A stretch of 58,146 bases of DNA, the filler included, from Sphacelaria rigidula (taxonomy: Eukaryota), in assembly GCA_964200075.2 (NCBI GenBank). It is 9 parts of 9 records of this genome, joined end to end, with 100 filler letters (N's around TTAATTAATTAA, not from the genome) between each part and the next. Parts side by side here need not be neighbours in the genome. Positions count along the whole stretch, not along the records: positions 12,946 to 19,317 come from CAXNAA020020471.1; positions 19,418 to 25,789 come from CAXNAA020020472.1; positions 25,890 to 32,261 come from CAXNAA020020473.1; 6 more parts are not named here. One strand, written 5' to 3'. Below the pieces are notes generated by a model. It had not been told where the DNA came from, searched no databases, and saw nothing but the letters and a program-made list of their open reading frames with translations. The stretch's first letter is position 1, and each line of letters starts with the position of its first letter. The translations under genes were made by a program, and so were the position numbers. Shown here in pieces: positions 12,946 through 26,556 of this stretch.

Positions 12946-13821
12946 AGAGAGAATAAGGAATGACAACACCCGAGAACAAAGAAAAGAAAAAAACAGATAC
13001 CCCCCCCCCCCCCCCCCCCCCCCCCCGGATGTGAACGACAACGGCATGCAAGATCATGAGTACACCCTCTCTCCCCCCGCGGCTCGGCGTAGGGTTCTTG
13101 CTCTTGTTTCTTTTGTTTTTTGTTTTTTGTTTTGAGTTTACGCTGTTCCTTCCGTCTTTCCATCATATATATATATATATATACATTTTCCACTCCCTTT
13201 CCCCTCGTGTTCCGATCAGCGGGGGTTTCCGTTAGTATTTCCGCTTGGGTACCCCTGTATTGTGAGCACGTCAGGATCCTAGGAAATCAGTTGATGTGCG
13301 ATCATCAATCAAAGTCGTGTACTGATGATCGCCATATAATAACCGGTTGGTTTCAGATCAATTATTTATGCTCTCCAATCCTCCGATTTCGATTTGGAAA
13401 TAGGCGGAAGAAACAAGTGGGTACATCACCACCATTTTCAGCCCAAGCGTAGCTACAGGTAACCGCGCAAGTTGGAGTTGTCCGTGCCAGGCCCAGACCA
13501 CTCAAAAATCAATCCCGACGCCAAGGCAAGGTGCTCACCATCCATGCAAAGCATGCAAGCCAACTTTTTCGAGAAAAAAGGGCGATTTAAGGCCACACTG
13601 CACCCGCGTGAAAAGGCAAGGGCGTTGTAGAGTACCCTATTTTGTCCGACAAGGAGGGAGGCGTGCCCAGGAAAAACCACCAACTTCATCTTGTACTTCA
13701 TTTTGTCTTTTGCTGTGTCATATTATGCCCGAAGTGTACCTCTATTTGACAAATATCGGCCATCCACAGCCGCCGTGCAACCCACGCCACGGCACGAAAT
13801 CGCATGGCCGAAGATTCAATA

Positions 13822-14612
13822 CGAGCTGGTTCATCGCTATCACCCAAGAAACACTCATCGGCAAAACCTCACGCCGTTTTAGGGAGTTAGACCCTGAAAT
13901 GTTGCACAGATATTCCATGGGCCATTACGCAACTTTTGAAGAATGAGGTTTCTACTTCTTGACTTTGTTCATCGTTTTTCGGGGGTCCCCATTTTGTCGG
14001 GAAAACATTGATCTAATCGTACCCCCCTAAGACGGTAAAGAAGAAAAATTCAAGAAATAAAACTCGTTGTTCCAAAGTTGCGTAATCGCCTATGGAACAG
14101 CTGTGCAAAATTTCAGGTTCTAACTCCTAAAAACGGCGTGAGGTTCTTCGCTTTTGTGCGATAAACCTTGGCGTACCGCGGTGAAACCGCAAACTACTTG
14201 ATTTTTGTACCAAAACGGAGTTTTTGGGCCTCCTTTGACGTGAACATGAAAATTTAAGCATTAGTTGATCGAGTTCTGCGACGAAATTTTGTTGGAGCCC
14301 TTCCTTGGGTTATGCGGCGACAAATCGTGCGCGAAAAAATGAAAAAAAAAGAAAACGTGGTGCCGGTTTTCCCGGGTCCCAAAATGGAGACTACTTCGAA
14401 AAATGACTTGGATCCCGTCGGACCCCCGAAAAACGATGAAAACAGTCAAGAAGTAAGAAAACCTCGTCGTAGAAAGTTTCGTAATGAGACATAACATATG
14501 TGTGGGAAGTTTCAGGATCTAACTCCTAATAACGGCATGAAGGTTTGCGCGCTTGTGGAGGACGTGGGCCTGAAACGTGCAACTCCTAATTACCTGGTTT
14601 TAGTATGGAAAT
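13822..14612 (+). mobile_element. Partial non-autonomous TIR element, family A
   Basis: TA|cgagctggttc terminus; collinear with 26557 to about 27335; an internal module occurs in one left-facing and two right-facing copies. Confidence 0.8.
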
Positions 14613-16582
14613 GCTTCACCGTATTTCTTCGAAAGTGAGGCAACAAATGGCGATGACCAAGCAAACTCGGGTCGACAAACGCCAAGCTGCAATATCTATC
14701 CCATTTCCCTTATTTTTTGGTTATTCAGGCCCGATAACACCTTGAATCCAGTCAGGCTCTCAGCCCAGACCTAATTTCTGCTTGTCCGTCTTCTACACCT
14801 TGTGCTTGAAACAGCTGGAAGAGGTAATGCGGAGGGGAGCAGAACCGCGAACTCCAATGGAGGCTGCGATTCTGTCACAGAGTATGAGGATAGTCTTCTC
14901 CACTCTGTCTCTCATGAAGGAAGGATGGTCCGGCTGACGGCTGCAGCGAATATTGTAGAAACCGGAGTAGTATCACTTTTTTTGCAGGGCACGTACGTAC
15001 CCGGTACATCTTCCCGCAGATCACAGTAGCAGCCCACATCCCTTTCTTTTGCCGGCCGCTGCCGCATTCCAGGTTAGGCGACCCTCACAGTTAATTTGCT
15101 TCGTGGCTTGGCGTGTGTTTTGGTGAAGATTGGTGGCACTGCATAGACGAAGAGGGCACACACTACATTAATTTAGAATACAGTAAAACTTTGTACAGTA
15201 GATCACACACGGCTGGAACTCCGGGGGGCGCGGGGAGGTGGGGGGGGAGATTGGCAGAGGCAGTCGTCACGAACCGCACGAAAGTTCGCTCCGAGTTGAC
15301 CCATCTGCAGTCACAGCGACCTTCTACAGACAGTAATGAGGGAAGTGGGCGCACGGAGCGCGCGGTCCGGAACTAGCGAAATTTCGCACCGCGGGTGTTT
15401 CGTTAGTCCCCCCCTCGACGTCGGAATTGTTACGCCATTCTTCAATTTCTCTCCGGAAGAAGAATGAAGAGAAGAAATTCCGACGTGTTCGAAGAAATAT
15501 GTTGCCGCCAAAAACTTCCGATGCCAGATTTTTTCGGGGAAATTTGTTCAATCGGTTTTGGCTTGGTCCGTTGTCTGACCTTGTTGAGAACATCCGTCAC
15601 CTGTTTTTTCGAGATTTTTTTTCCCTCAAATTATTCGGAGATGGATGTCAGGGGGGAAAGTAGAGCCAGTAAAAATACCTGTTGTACGTACGAGGGTGAA
15701 TTCCACTGTCCATGAAGGGGGCAATACATGCAACAACGTTTTCGCGAGATTGAGAGTAGAGCACTGATCGAGAATGGCTTTGATCACTCGCTTTAACTTT
15801 AAGACCGCGAGATTAGTCTTTCTGGATCATCATGCATACTTTTTTTCACTTGAAATTGATGCCGATTCAACAGAAGACCAACCTCGCGGTCTAAGGGTTA
15901 ACTTCGCCAATTTTTCGTTCCGGATGTACTTACTCTCACAACGAAATTGTTTTGCATGGTGTCGAGGAGGTCAGGCATCATCGCCCATACGTTACTCTTT
16001 GAAAGCGGGTAATAGTTCAGTCGTGTGTCAATATACGAGTGATGCGAAGGTGCTGAGCGAACAACGGCAAACGGAAGTGGTGTCGAATAATCTCATGCCC
16101 TGCGACTTCGTAACTCCCGGTTCCTCCTCTTCCGTCAACCTGGTATGTACGCGGCTGCCCGTGCGCTTCATCGTGAGAGGGACGACGACAAAATATATTT
16201 CGTGAACTGTGGGTGTCAACAATCAATCGCGGGCAGGTATGGGTACGACACATCCACGGTCGGCGCTGAATCCATTGTTGGCGGTTTCTTTTTTCGTACG
16301 AGGGATTTGTCTTCTACTTTCTCCCGTTCAGGAAAGTGAAGCGGGTTAATATAACGGCCCTTGGTCGTTACTGCACCGCACGGTGGAAAACTTGTAAAGC
16401 GAGCAAATTATATCACGTCTCTGCCTACAAAGGGAAGTTGGTGTGGAAACAATGAAGAGGGCGCATGGCGCAAGCGTACCGCTCTGGTACAGATGGGCTT
16501 GAAGAAAATTGCCTCCATGTATCGGTCAGCTTACTCGGTTGTTTCATGTATGAGGTGGGCCAGCTGACAGTGATTTGCGACT

Positions 16583-16730
16583 GATTGATTGATGTTTGAT
16601 ATTCCCTCTTCAACTGACCCCTCACAGACGTAGCCATGGTCGCATGATAGACGTACCCAGGAAAAGCAAAAGTGGAACACTGTCCGAGGGAGAGGAACAG
16701 AAAAGAGTTAAATAGAAATCCGAAACGTTG
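16583..16730 (-). mobile_element. Family E, diverged truncated copy
   Basis: gattgattgat..caactgacccc..atgatagacgtaccca. Confidence 0.6.
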
Positions 16731-17507
16731 AGCACTGATATTTTGGAACGCCGTTTTATTCGACGCTACGCACACCCTTCTTGGGAATGCCAACACAAAA
16801 GAGATGCTGCGATAGGGTCAGCACTGTTACGGCCTGAGGGTAGAATTGCTAGGAACCCTTTTCCTCATCCATTACACAACTTTCGAAATAGGTGAGAGTA
16901 CGCTAGGATTTTCTTTTCCAACTAGCTAGATATATCCCGAATGAATTTTCAAACGGGGATATGCTGACCCGTATTCTTGTGTAGTATTCATTAGTAACGC
17001 ACCACTGAATCAGGTCGGTCTTAGCCCCAAAAGTGTAGACCCTGTCGCAGCATCACTTTGGTAAAAATATGTCAGAGCGGTGGGTGGTCTCCAAGACAAA
17101 TCGGGTAATTCGTGTGCAGAGATCTGTGAACCGCAACATGTAGCGGTTTACCCAGTATTCTGTAGTGGTCACCGTCGATTTTAATGCACACAGATTGGTC
17201 GGCGGCCTCTCTCAATTGGTTGAAGCCAAGCGAATGTGGAAGGGACTAAGTCCTTCGTAGGGTGAGGCAAAGCGATCACGATTCGTGTCGGCAATTTTCA
17301 TGTTGTGGATCACAAGTGGGTACACGTGACATAATGCTCGATCCGAGCACCAAGTATCAACGTACCATGAAGCTCGTCCCCGACTCCGTGAAGACGAATT
17401 ACAAGTCCGTCCCTGAAACGGTCGGCGCGGTGCCCATGTTGATAGCCTAATATCCTCTACATGGTAGAGCAAAGGCGTTCGATGCCCGGAGCGATGTAGG
17501 TTTTTTC

Positions 17508-17985
17508 TGTGACGGTCGACGAGGGAAGGGATTGCTGAACCTCTCGCGATAAAAAACAGAGGCAAGCACCAGAGAAGGTGGGGCACTGTGTGTTGTGGTG
17601 TCGTCCCACTTATTCTGCACGCCAGTCTACACCTTTCGGGATATGTGGGCGCATCAGCCGGGGCACACAGGAAGGTCAACACAGGAGCTTCTGTATATGT
17701 TTCTAGTACTCCACCTTTCTTCTGCGGTGCTTGTCTCTATTGTTTGTCGCGAGAGGGATTCAGCCGTCCCTTTCCCTCGTCGACAGTGAAGCGGACTTTT
17801 GTGCACCCACGACAAAATCGCTCCGGGATTGAACTCCACATCTCAACCATCAGAAGGTTATGACCGGCACAGCACCTTACACAGTAGAAAGGAGAAGGCT
17901 CCTGTGTTGACCTTCCTCGCGAGTGACCCGGCTGATGCGTCTGCATGTCCCTAAATAGGTAGCCTGGCGCCCAGAATAGAAGGTA
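17508..17985. mobile_element. Cluster of SINE family 1 pieces (17587-17862 on -, 17508-17586 and 17895-17985 on +)
   Basis: cgcgagagggattcagccgtccctttccctcgtcgac and ctggcgcccagaata motifs; arrangement fits one copy inserted inverted into another. Confidence 0.75.
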
Positions 17986-19317
17986 TACGAATATTTCTTG
18001 TGTAGATGTGTTGCAATTTCTGTCGGACGTCTCATCTTCTTGTGTAGGGCTTCGCCCGCTGCGCAAGGAGGATGTAATGATGTCATGCAGTTTTGCTGAA
18101 GAGTCTTCCCCCCGTATGTTCGCCTATCCTCCATGTTCCGTTGTTGTGGTGATGGCTTGCCTTCGTTCGGCATCCCGGGGTTTGCATGTAAATCTTAGTG
18201 TCAAGCTTCTTTTTAAGCACATTCTTTTGGTTACTCCGAAATTTGTGGGGTGACAGGTGACTGTACGACATTCTCGATATGTCCCCTTCGGCAACATTTT
18301 CTCATTCTCATTCGAAGGTCATGGTCGCGAGACGAAGACTGGAGTCCTCCACTCTTCGATGGACGCCCGGGCTCGACGATGTGAGCCACTCCAACTTGAC
18401 ACAAATGAACACGGAAATGGGCTAGATTACCACATGGTCAACATGGGAAGCGTCAACGGTGGAGGCAATTTGCGGTATTTATTCGGAAATTGAGCTATGG
18501 TTACCATTTCTAGTGAAAGCGGATAATTACTGGATGGAACAATTTCAGTTTTGACGTGCTCCTCAGTGAGGCCAAATTGATTTGTGCGGTTTTCCGCCAC
18601 TGAGGCATGTCATAATCCTGATTAGGATAACGAAGTAGCTGTGAGCACACGCCACGTTGGGCATAGTTGAACCGCGGGTACGGGTGAAGGACGTATTGTG
18701 CGAGCCATTTTCGAGCGATTGGTGATACAGCGCATCGCCCGGTAGCTCACATGAGATGGTGAACTCGTCATCACGGATATGACAAAGGCTCGTCTATGGG
18801 GCTCGTCAATCGGGTGAAACCACACGGCTTGATTTTTTCTCGCATCGTGCTCGACAGTGGAGGGATGCCATGCCGTGAGTACACACAGGGCGACTTCGCG
18901 GTCATGTCGACGAGGGATGGGCGCAGCCTCGGGGAAATCATGACGCACAAACAAAAAGCCTCTCATATTGACCCATCTGCATGACTCTACTAACGTGTGT
19001 AGGTAGGTGATTCAACCGCCCTCTCTCGTTTCCGGGTAAGCGGATCGGTCGCGGCTTGGGTGCACGGGCACAATAACCTACGAGGCAAAGCGGATTTGTT
19101 GGCCGCGGACCAACGCGAAGTTACAGAATAGCGCACGTCACCATGATTCGTCTAGCACCTCCCCGCGAGGCAAATGGTGACGTGCGAAGCACCTCGTATA
19201 GCACCCCCCCGCGGCGCAAATAGTCAAGACAAGCAACAAACGAGTACGACCCCTTCCGCTCCCACCGCCCCCCCGACGGACCAGTGCCCATAGCCACAAA
19301 CATCATCCCATCTGACG

Positions 19318-19417
19318 NNNNNNNNNNNNNNNNNNNNNNNNNNNNNNNNNNNNNNNNNNNNTTAATTAATTAANNNNNNNNNNNNNNNNNNNNNNNNNNN
19401 NNNNNNNNNNNNNNNNN
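19318..19417. other. Artificial scaffold linker
   Basis: N44-TTAATTAATTAA-N44. Confidence 0.97.
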
Positions 19418-19540
19418 TTTTCGTGTAGATGTTTTTGTTTTTTGTCTTATTCTGAGGGCTGTTCGGGTTATGGGTATAGTGGTGGTATGCCCCTTGCACT
19501 CTGTGACCACAGGTTCGAGAGATCGAGCTGATGTGATGGA

Positions 19541-19604
19541 TATAACAATAGTAATAATGATAGTAATAATAGTAATAATAGTAATAATAGTAATAATAGT
19601 AATA
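19541..19604. repeat. (TAATAATAG)n microsatellite
   Basis: Direct reading. Confidence 0.9.
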
Positions 19605-20517
19605 GCAGCATACTTCAAAGATTTGGTATGGATACGAAGATTTCGATTCCCCGGGTTTTCATGCCCAATCGAAGATCCATCCCCAATTTGTCAAATCTTG
19701 TGTTTTTTGTAGTACAGTATCTGAAAGAATGCTTTACGGGACAGTACGAAAACCTGCACGTCAGTACCATGGCAAACTTCACCATAGGCCTCGCAGATGA
19801 ATTGTCGTCGCCAGGGCATGGGATACGGAAAAGATCCAAAACCTGCAGTAATGACCCAGATTATGCAGTACCCACACAAACCGTGCTGTTGACTCTTCGG
19901 TTTCCACCGTCCATAATATTCTACAACCAGCATGGTAACTTCAACCCTGCGGTCAACATGTACGAGTCGGCAGTCGAGGGTGGCACTCACCCTCATGGGG
20001 TATTCAACGTGACAATAAAGATATCTAATATCTCTGTTTAATCGGTTTCCATCTCGACGGCTGGTGATGTACGAGCTGCCTCCTACGTTTTGATTAAGCA
20101 GTTGGTGCTGCTCGACTCAGTGTGTGCTCGAAGTGTATCGACACGCTAGCGGCACTTACGACATAGTAAGGCTAGTAGATCGGCTTTTACCATGAATAGG
20201 AATATAATAGCGGAGCGGGAGGCTTCCGCTCAAGAGGTCTTAGTCACGGTGGAAGATCACCATGGCTCCAAAGAATGGCAAGCTAGTAGGCTTCAGTAAC
20301 ATTGGGGACAGAAGGTCCGCCACGGCAGGAGGCTCCTCCGATGGACTTCGGAGCAAGGGGTACACCACTCAGCAGCTGAACCAGGGCTCAGTCTGGGGGA
20401 GCTGCAGGTACTCAAGTCGGTAGCACCGCGTTGGGTAGGATGTCCGGTCTTGGATTCCCAAATGCAATGGATATGAGTGCGGATGTCGATGTATAAAGAC
20501 AAAGTAACACCCTAGGT

Positions 20518-22517
20518 ATGTCGATACTATCGACTGCCGATTCTCGAACATTGGAGGCTCGACAAGTTTGTCCCCTCGACCAGAATAAGGGTCACGCGTG
20601 GGTGAGTTTTATGCTTGAGGTTGAGCGATATGTCATTATGTATAGTTTCGGCGAGGGATCGTTTAGAGACCCTGTGTTTCGTCTTGACCCTTCGAATGAG
20701 CAGCAACTACTAAGGTTCGGTGTGAGTTCGGAAGACATCAAACGAGAACGATTTGCGTATATTTTGATGCTCAACACTATCAAGGATGGCGTCAGGAGAC
20801 ATATACTTTTCCAGTCGTGATCACCTTATATGGCATGGCGTGCTTTGGATGAACAGTTTTCTTAGAAAATTTCAGGCTCAGAGATGCACGTTTTGGCCGA
20901 GTTCAACACACAAAAGTACAGCAAGGGTCAAAACACTGATGAATTCTGGATCCTATTTCAGCCGTTGCAGTCGCGTGCTAGATCGCTTGGATTGAGAATT
21001 GCTCAAGAGATTGTTGTGGACAGGTTTTTTAATTCCCTTCCCTCTGAGTACACCACTATACGAGATCAATTTCATTTTGAGCCGATATTGCAGGTGGGTA
21101 AGACACGAGTCGTTGTCAAATATGAACATCTGTTCCTCAAGAAAACAGATGATTCGCGGAGTACAAATTACAACCATGCCCTCTACAGCAGGCAACACAG
21201 ATTCCACCCCCAAGGGTACGAGGAAGAGGGGTGGGAATAGGTCGCAAAAATCAGCGAAAGCAGCACATAGTCCTAGCATGGTTCAGGGTTACAGCGGTAC
21301 GACTGGAAATAATGGTGGCAGCAGTCCAACGAACACACAGAAAACTGCAATGAAGAACCTAACGTGTTTCGAGTGTGGTAAGACCGGTCATTTCAAATTG
21401 GAATGCCCTGAACGTATTTGTGGGGAATGTGGAGGCAAGGGACACTCCAGGGGGTTTCATGAGATGATCGCGATGTGTACATTTGACAATTTCAAGGATT
21501 CAGTAGATTTTGGGTACATTGCAATGGAGACTGAGACTGGTGAACACGCGTCTGCAATAGACAGTCTGAAAGATGACCGCCCAGTTCTAGGTGAAGGGGG
21601 CAAGGAGGTTTGGATAGCAGATAGCGGAGCGTCATGTCACATGACTCCACCGGAGGAGAAAACGTGTGATTACGAGCCTTCACGGGTGTGTAGCAAGCAG
21701 CTATGAAGTACCGATAGCAGGTTTCGGCAAACTGTTGGTATCAACGGTTGGTGATGATGATCAACTGACTTTGAGTATCAACTTGGTGGCGCATGTCCCT
21801 GCGTTAGACGTAATTTGTTTCCCCTTCAGAGTGTGGCCGTGGAACATGATTTGCCGATTTTTGCGACGAAGAAAGGGACCGTGACTACTTTGCCTGGTGA
21901 AAAGGAAGTGTTTTCAAAAAAGAAAGGAACTAATGATTTTATGGTTTTCACTAGATTTTCACCATCAACCACCTCGACGGATCGTAAAGTTGACCACGAT
22001 GAGTCTGGCAGTGCTGTTCTCGCCCCTAGAGAGGTGCAAGTCAACCTCAATCAGGTGGACATTGATCTGTTTAACCACTTTCATGGCCACCAGCATGAGG
22101 GCTTGTTACGGCAAACAGCGAAACAGCAGGGGGTGACTTCGGTGGGGGAGTTCGAGGAGTGCAAGGGGTGCTCCATGGCCACGGGGCTGCGAAAGTCCAT
22201 TCCAAGTTTAACCAACATTAGAGCAGAAAAGCCGTTTGAACGAGTGTTCATAGATGCGTCCGGATCAAAGTAAAATGAAAGTACGGGTGATATGAAGTTT
22301 CGTTTCTGATTCGGGGTGATTTTTTGCGAAATCAGAATGTATTTCGGTAAACACAAGTCTGACACTACGAAAGCACTTGAGCAGTACCTCGCAGATGTAG
22401 GAGCAAAGTTCATTCCCTCGGTGGTGGAGACTGTGAGATCGAACGGTGGTGGAGAGTTTGCTGGGTCTTTCAGCGACCTGTGTACGACACGCGGTATGAG
22501 ACAGGAGTATACCCCAG
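20518..22517 (+). mobile_element. Decayed Ty1/copia LTR retrotransposon gag-protease-integrase fragment
   Basis: Gag-like FFNSLPSEYTTIR; zinc knuckle CFECGKTGHFKLEC (21365); protease WIADSGASCHMT (21611); HxxxGH...CKGC; integrase FERVFIDASG and VRSNGGGEF...RGMRQEYTP; protease-then-integrase order indicates copia; frameshifts and stops; no RT or LTR seen. Confidence 0.92.
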
Positions 22518-25014
22518 CAGTGCTTGTACACGAACAAGGCTTATCTATGCAACAATGCAACCCTCGCCACGTAGTCGACAACGAATAATTCCGTCCATGC
22601 AGTCCATTCACGCTTTGATTACATTGTACGCGGTTCTCACGCCAACGACAGCATGCACAACGGCGATGGTACCCCTACTTCATCTTTGCGTCTCACATGT
22701 AGACATATAAACCTCTCTCCAATGATACTCCCGAATCTCCCCGCGCACGACAGGTCATCGCTCCGGGATCTAGAAGAATCGTTTCCCGATAGTATGGATA
22801 GATTTGCTACTGAGAAGCACAGTACCAGATAACGCATGCGGTAATCTCCCCGTCTCTCATGTGTCACGCTGCCTTTTTGTTCAAGTATTTCGTCCGTACT
22901 TCGTAATCATAGTCTCGAAAATAAGCACTACCACAAGAGGAAAACAAAATCCTATACCGCACATTACCGAGCCATTGCAAGACGATCACTTCGACCACAG
23001 CGACTGGTGGCACCACCGGCTTGGCCATGTATTCAGCGGGTATGTGGACGTCCTTGCCAGCATACTTTCAAGTATGAAAAAACATACCACCGACTGCTGC
23101 CGAGATAGCCCCCCCCCCCAAACCCGCCGAAAACGTGCACGGAGGCGATGGCTATAACTGCCATTAAAGTTGGTTTTGTGCTGTACGACGCGACTGATAT
23201 GGGCGTTATAGCTGATTTCGGACTGCTACACGCCTCTTATGTGGGCGAAATTGCTGCAAACGAGCCCAATGGTAATATCGCAGCCGGTTCGTTGGATGGT
23301 GCCGGTGCACGTTTTGTAGGGGGGCTATCTCGGCATTAGCCCACCACAAGACCCAACCAGCTGTACGCAGTTCCAGGGTTAGCTTCAACCACGGTCCGAA
23401 GTGACCGAAGTCGCCCGAATCACACGGAATCCTCAACCGTTTGTGGTACAGTACTTGTCAGGTGGTAAGATGGCGGAAGCTTCGCCTGGACCATGCCTAA
23501 TCCGATTCCCATCGGGACGCCGTGTCTTGTATGTAGAGACATATCAAGATAAACGGCGCACCTCCCTTTTTAGCATCGCTTTACGGTATGCCCGCTGTTG
23601 CAGCGAGTTGAAGTTGAAACTGACGAAGAGTGACATTCTTAGCGTGGCGGAGGTTTGCACGAGCCTGCGAGAGTCGCTTGGAATCCTCCGCGGCTCGAGC
23701 GATGACGCTGGGTTATCAGGAGTGACGAGCGCCGATGGAGCATCGGCTTCAGGTACAAGCAATGTTCCTGGGCAGCAGCCTGAGGGGAGCAGTTGAACAA
23801 CAAGTCGGCTGGAGTGGAGCAAGGTGAAATCTGAGCTACCCTTGTGTGTGTGTGATCGTTATTGTACCCTGAAACGTATACCTGGTGCATGTCCACGCCC
23901 CGAACATTGTCTCTAACTTGGACTGACGGACTTCCTCGCGAACTGCATTTCGTGCGCAGATTTCGGAAGCGGTAGATAAGGATATCTAACTCTTGGGAAA
24001 CTCTTGGGAATAGCTCAATCCGACCTGGAACTGCTCCTGCTTGACAAAGCATCGTTAAACACAGACTGCAGCCGCGAGGAATATGCGTGTAAGGCACCTC
24101 GTACGGCCTAGCTAAGGACCGCATGGTCACGTGTGCCTCCGCTAGCAGCCTTGCACTGTTCGCCACAACGCGGGGGTCGGTGCTGATTCGGCTCCCCGCG
24201 TGATGTTGCCACCGAGAGCTCAGACATGAAGCAGGGTGTCATCCACTGCCTTACTGTGGTGTTCTTACCATTGATCACCGCCCCCGCCGTATTCACAGAA
24301 TGCCCGGTTCTATGCACCAGTCGTCCTCACCTGCGACGATGTGATTCCATATGGCACGGGCACTTTCGAATATTCCATACCATACTGATTGATTTTGTAT
24401 TCGTCGTCGCACATGATCTGATCCCCTTCGAAGCTGGAAGTAGTCATGAACAGACGCACTCGATGTAGAAATGCGGGGAGAGAAACACTCAGTGAGCCGA
24501 GCTCGACAAAGGACAAAAGTAGAAAAGGAAAGAACAAACACAGCAAGCTCACATGGACTCCAGGCCACAAGCTTGTGCTAGGACGTCCAAACTTTGTGTT
24601 CCCAGTGTGCGTTGGAAGTTTGTCCGTAGTGTTCGTTGTGCGCCGTCTACGTGCCATGCTCGCGTTTCTCCCGACCTACTGTTTGTAGAATGTCTAACGG
24701 AACGGCGCGATGTGGCCGCCGCGACGGGTACTGTGAACTTGCGCGAACCGATCGCCGTTTCCAGTATCATTCCACTATATCATTCACGAGACACCCGATT
24801 GATCATCATCATGAAAAATACCGACTACGTGTGAACCATTCTCGTTGACGTTTCCCACTATACCGCCCGTCCATCGCTGCAGCTGTTCGTGCAGTTTCAT
24901 GTCCGCGACTCTCCGGATATGTTCCAAGCAAAATTCCGGGATACTCTCGACTCAGGGACCCAGTCGTTCCCGACGGATCCTATTCAGCCAACCGGTGGAG
25001 TCAGCGCTCAGGGC

Positions 25015-25789
25015 AATCAATGACGCGGTTCTGAAGGGGTCGAGAATACGGTTGTAGAGCTGGAAGTGGTCAGGCAGCAACACGTAGACTGTGGAGTCGC
25101 GCAAGAGGAATCGACGAACACGGGAGTGGGTGAAGAAATGCCCATGGAAGATGATGTCGCGGACGAAAGGCACTCGGGTAGCACTCCGACAGCGAGAAGC
25201 CAACGAAGGCGGGTGTCAGAGAGAATACCAGCGAAGATGACACGCGGGATCCCTTCGCCTCCACAAAGGCATCGTTGTCTGCCTCACGTCTTGAGCGGAG
25301 TTGCAGTAACTCCACAGTACATCATAATCGTTGGGTAGGAATGGCATGATTACTGGTGACCTTCGGGCGCGACTGCAACGCCGTCGCCAACGCCCACCTC
25401 AAAGGCTCCAATGTAGGCGTCCAAATCATCGAATGCCGGCCATGACACGACTTTCGTCGGATATCTATCGTCCGCAGCAGCGGCCGAGGTCATCGCTTCC
25501 ACCGCCTGGGTAAGACGTGAGGCAGACAACGATGCCTTTGTGGAGGCAAAGGGATCCCACGTGCCATCTTCGCAGGTATTCTCTCTGACACCCGCCTTCG
25601 TTGGCTCCTTGCCGTCGGAGTGCTACCCGAGTGCCTTTCGTCCGCGACATCATCTTCCATGGGCATTTCTTCACCCACTCCCGTGTTCGTCGATTCCTCT
25701 TGCGCGACTCCACAGTCTACGTGTTGCTGCCTGACCACTTCCAGCTCTACAACCGTATTCTCGACCCCTTCAGAACCGCGTCATTGATT
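25015..25789. repeat. 278-bp inverted repeat (25015-25292 / 25512-25789) with 219-bp spacer
   Basis: About 7 mismatches by eye, all in the inner 105 bp; right arm runs to the scaffold end. Confidence 0.92.
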
Positions 25790-25889
25790 NNNNNNNNNNN
25801 NNNNNNNNNNNNNNNNNNNNNNNNNNNNNNNNNTTAATTAATTAANNNNNNNNNNNNNNNNNNNNNNNNNNNNNNNNNNNNNNNNNNNN
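25790..25889. other. Artificial scaffold linker
   Basis: N44-TTAATTAATTAA-N44. Confidence 0.97.
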
Positions 25890-26073
25890 TGCTGAACCCC
25901 TCTCGCGATAAAAAATAAAGGCAGGCACCGCAAAAGGAAGGTAGGGTACTAAAAACAAATAAAAAAGAAAAAGCTCCGATGTTGAGTTCCTCCTGTGTGA
26001 CCCTGGCTGGTGCGCCCACATATACCGACAGGTGTAGCCCGGCGCCCAGAATAGATAGAACGACAACACACAC
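25890..26073 (+). mobile_element. SINE family 1, 3' half at scaffold start
   Basis: Reverse-complement match to 46200-46385; ends gacaacacacac. Confidence 0.85.
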
Positions 26074-26556
26074 TCATAGTATTCACAACTCGACATTATC
26101 TACAGTATCTTCGAGGGACGTGCATATTCGTTGTATGCGTATAGAGCACTCATCATTTTCTCAGGATCCTGAACCTACAGTCGAACGACTAGACGCACAC
26201 CCTTTTTTTTTTATCCTTGCTTGCAAAGTTGACGTTCAGGACGTGATCTTGTGTTGGTATGTCGATACTTTTATGGTGTCGCTTCAGTGTTGTGGTATTA
26301 GTGGACATATTAATATATCGGCATGTCAAACGAGTAGGGTCTTGGTCGAGGAACTTGGACTCGTTGATTTCGCTGTGGGAGTATTTCTTCGAATCGGCCT
26401 GATGGCTATTGTCAGGTCCAATTTCTCGAATAAGCCGTGTGACTCGAGTCGGCTCGTTTCCATTTTTCTGAGCTATGATACCCCAAGTTCGAAATGGGCA
26501 CGGCCTAAGTTGGGATTTTTTTTGCGTATACTTTTTGATGGAACTTGAATTTGCTA

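Noticed and set aside
14815..15200. Possible exon LEEVMRRGAEPRTPMEAAIL... and a WW-like peptide DWWHCIDEEGTHYINL
   Set aside because: Plausible acceptor but no partner exon and no recognisable family; the WW similarity is incomplete.
17240..18984. Protein-like broken frames (MLDPSTKYQRTMKL...; GRIVRAIFERL...MGLVNRVKPHGLIFSRIVLD)
   Set aside because: Multiple stops and a frameshift with no assignable family; possibly a pseudogene but not supportable without a search.
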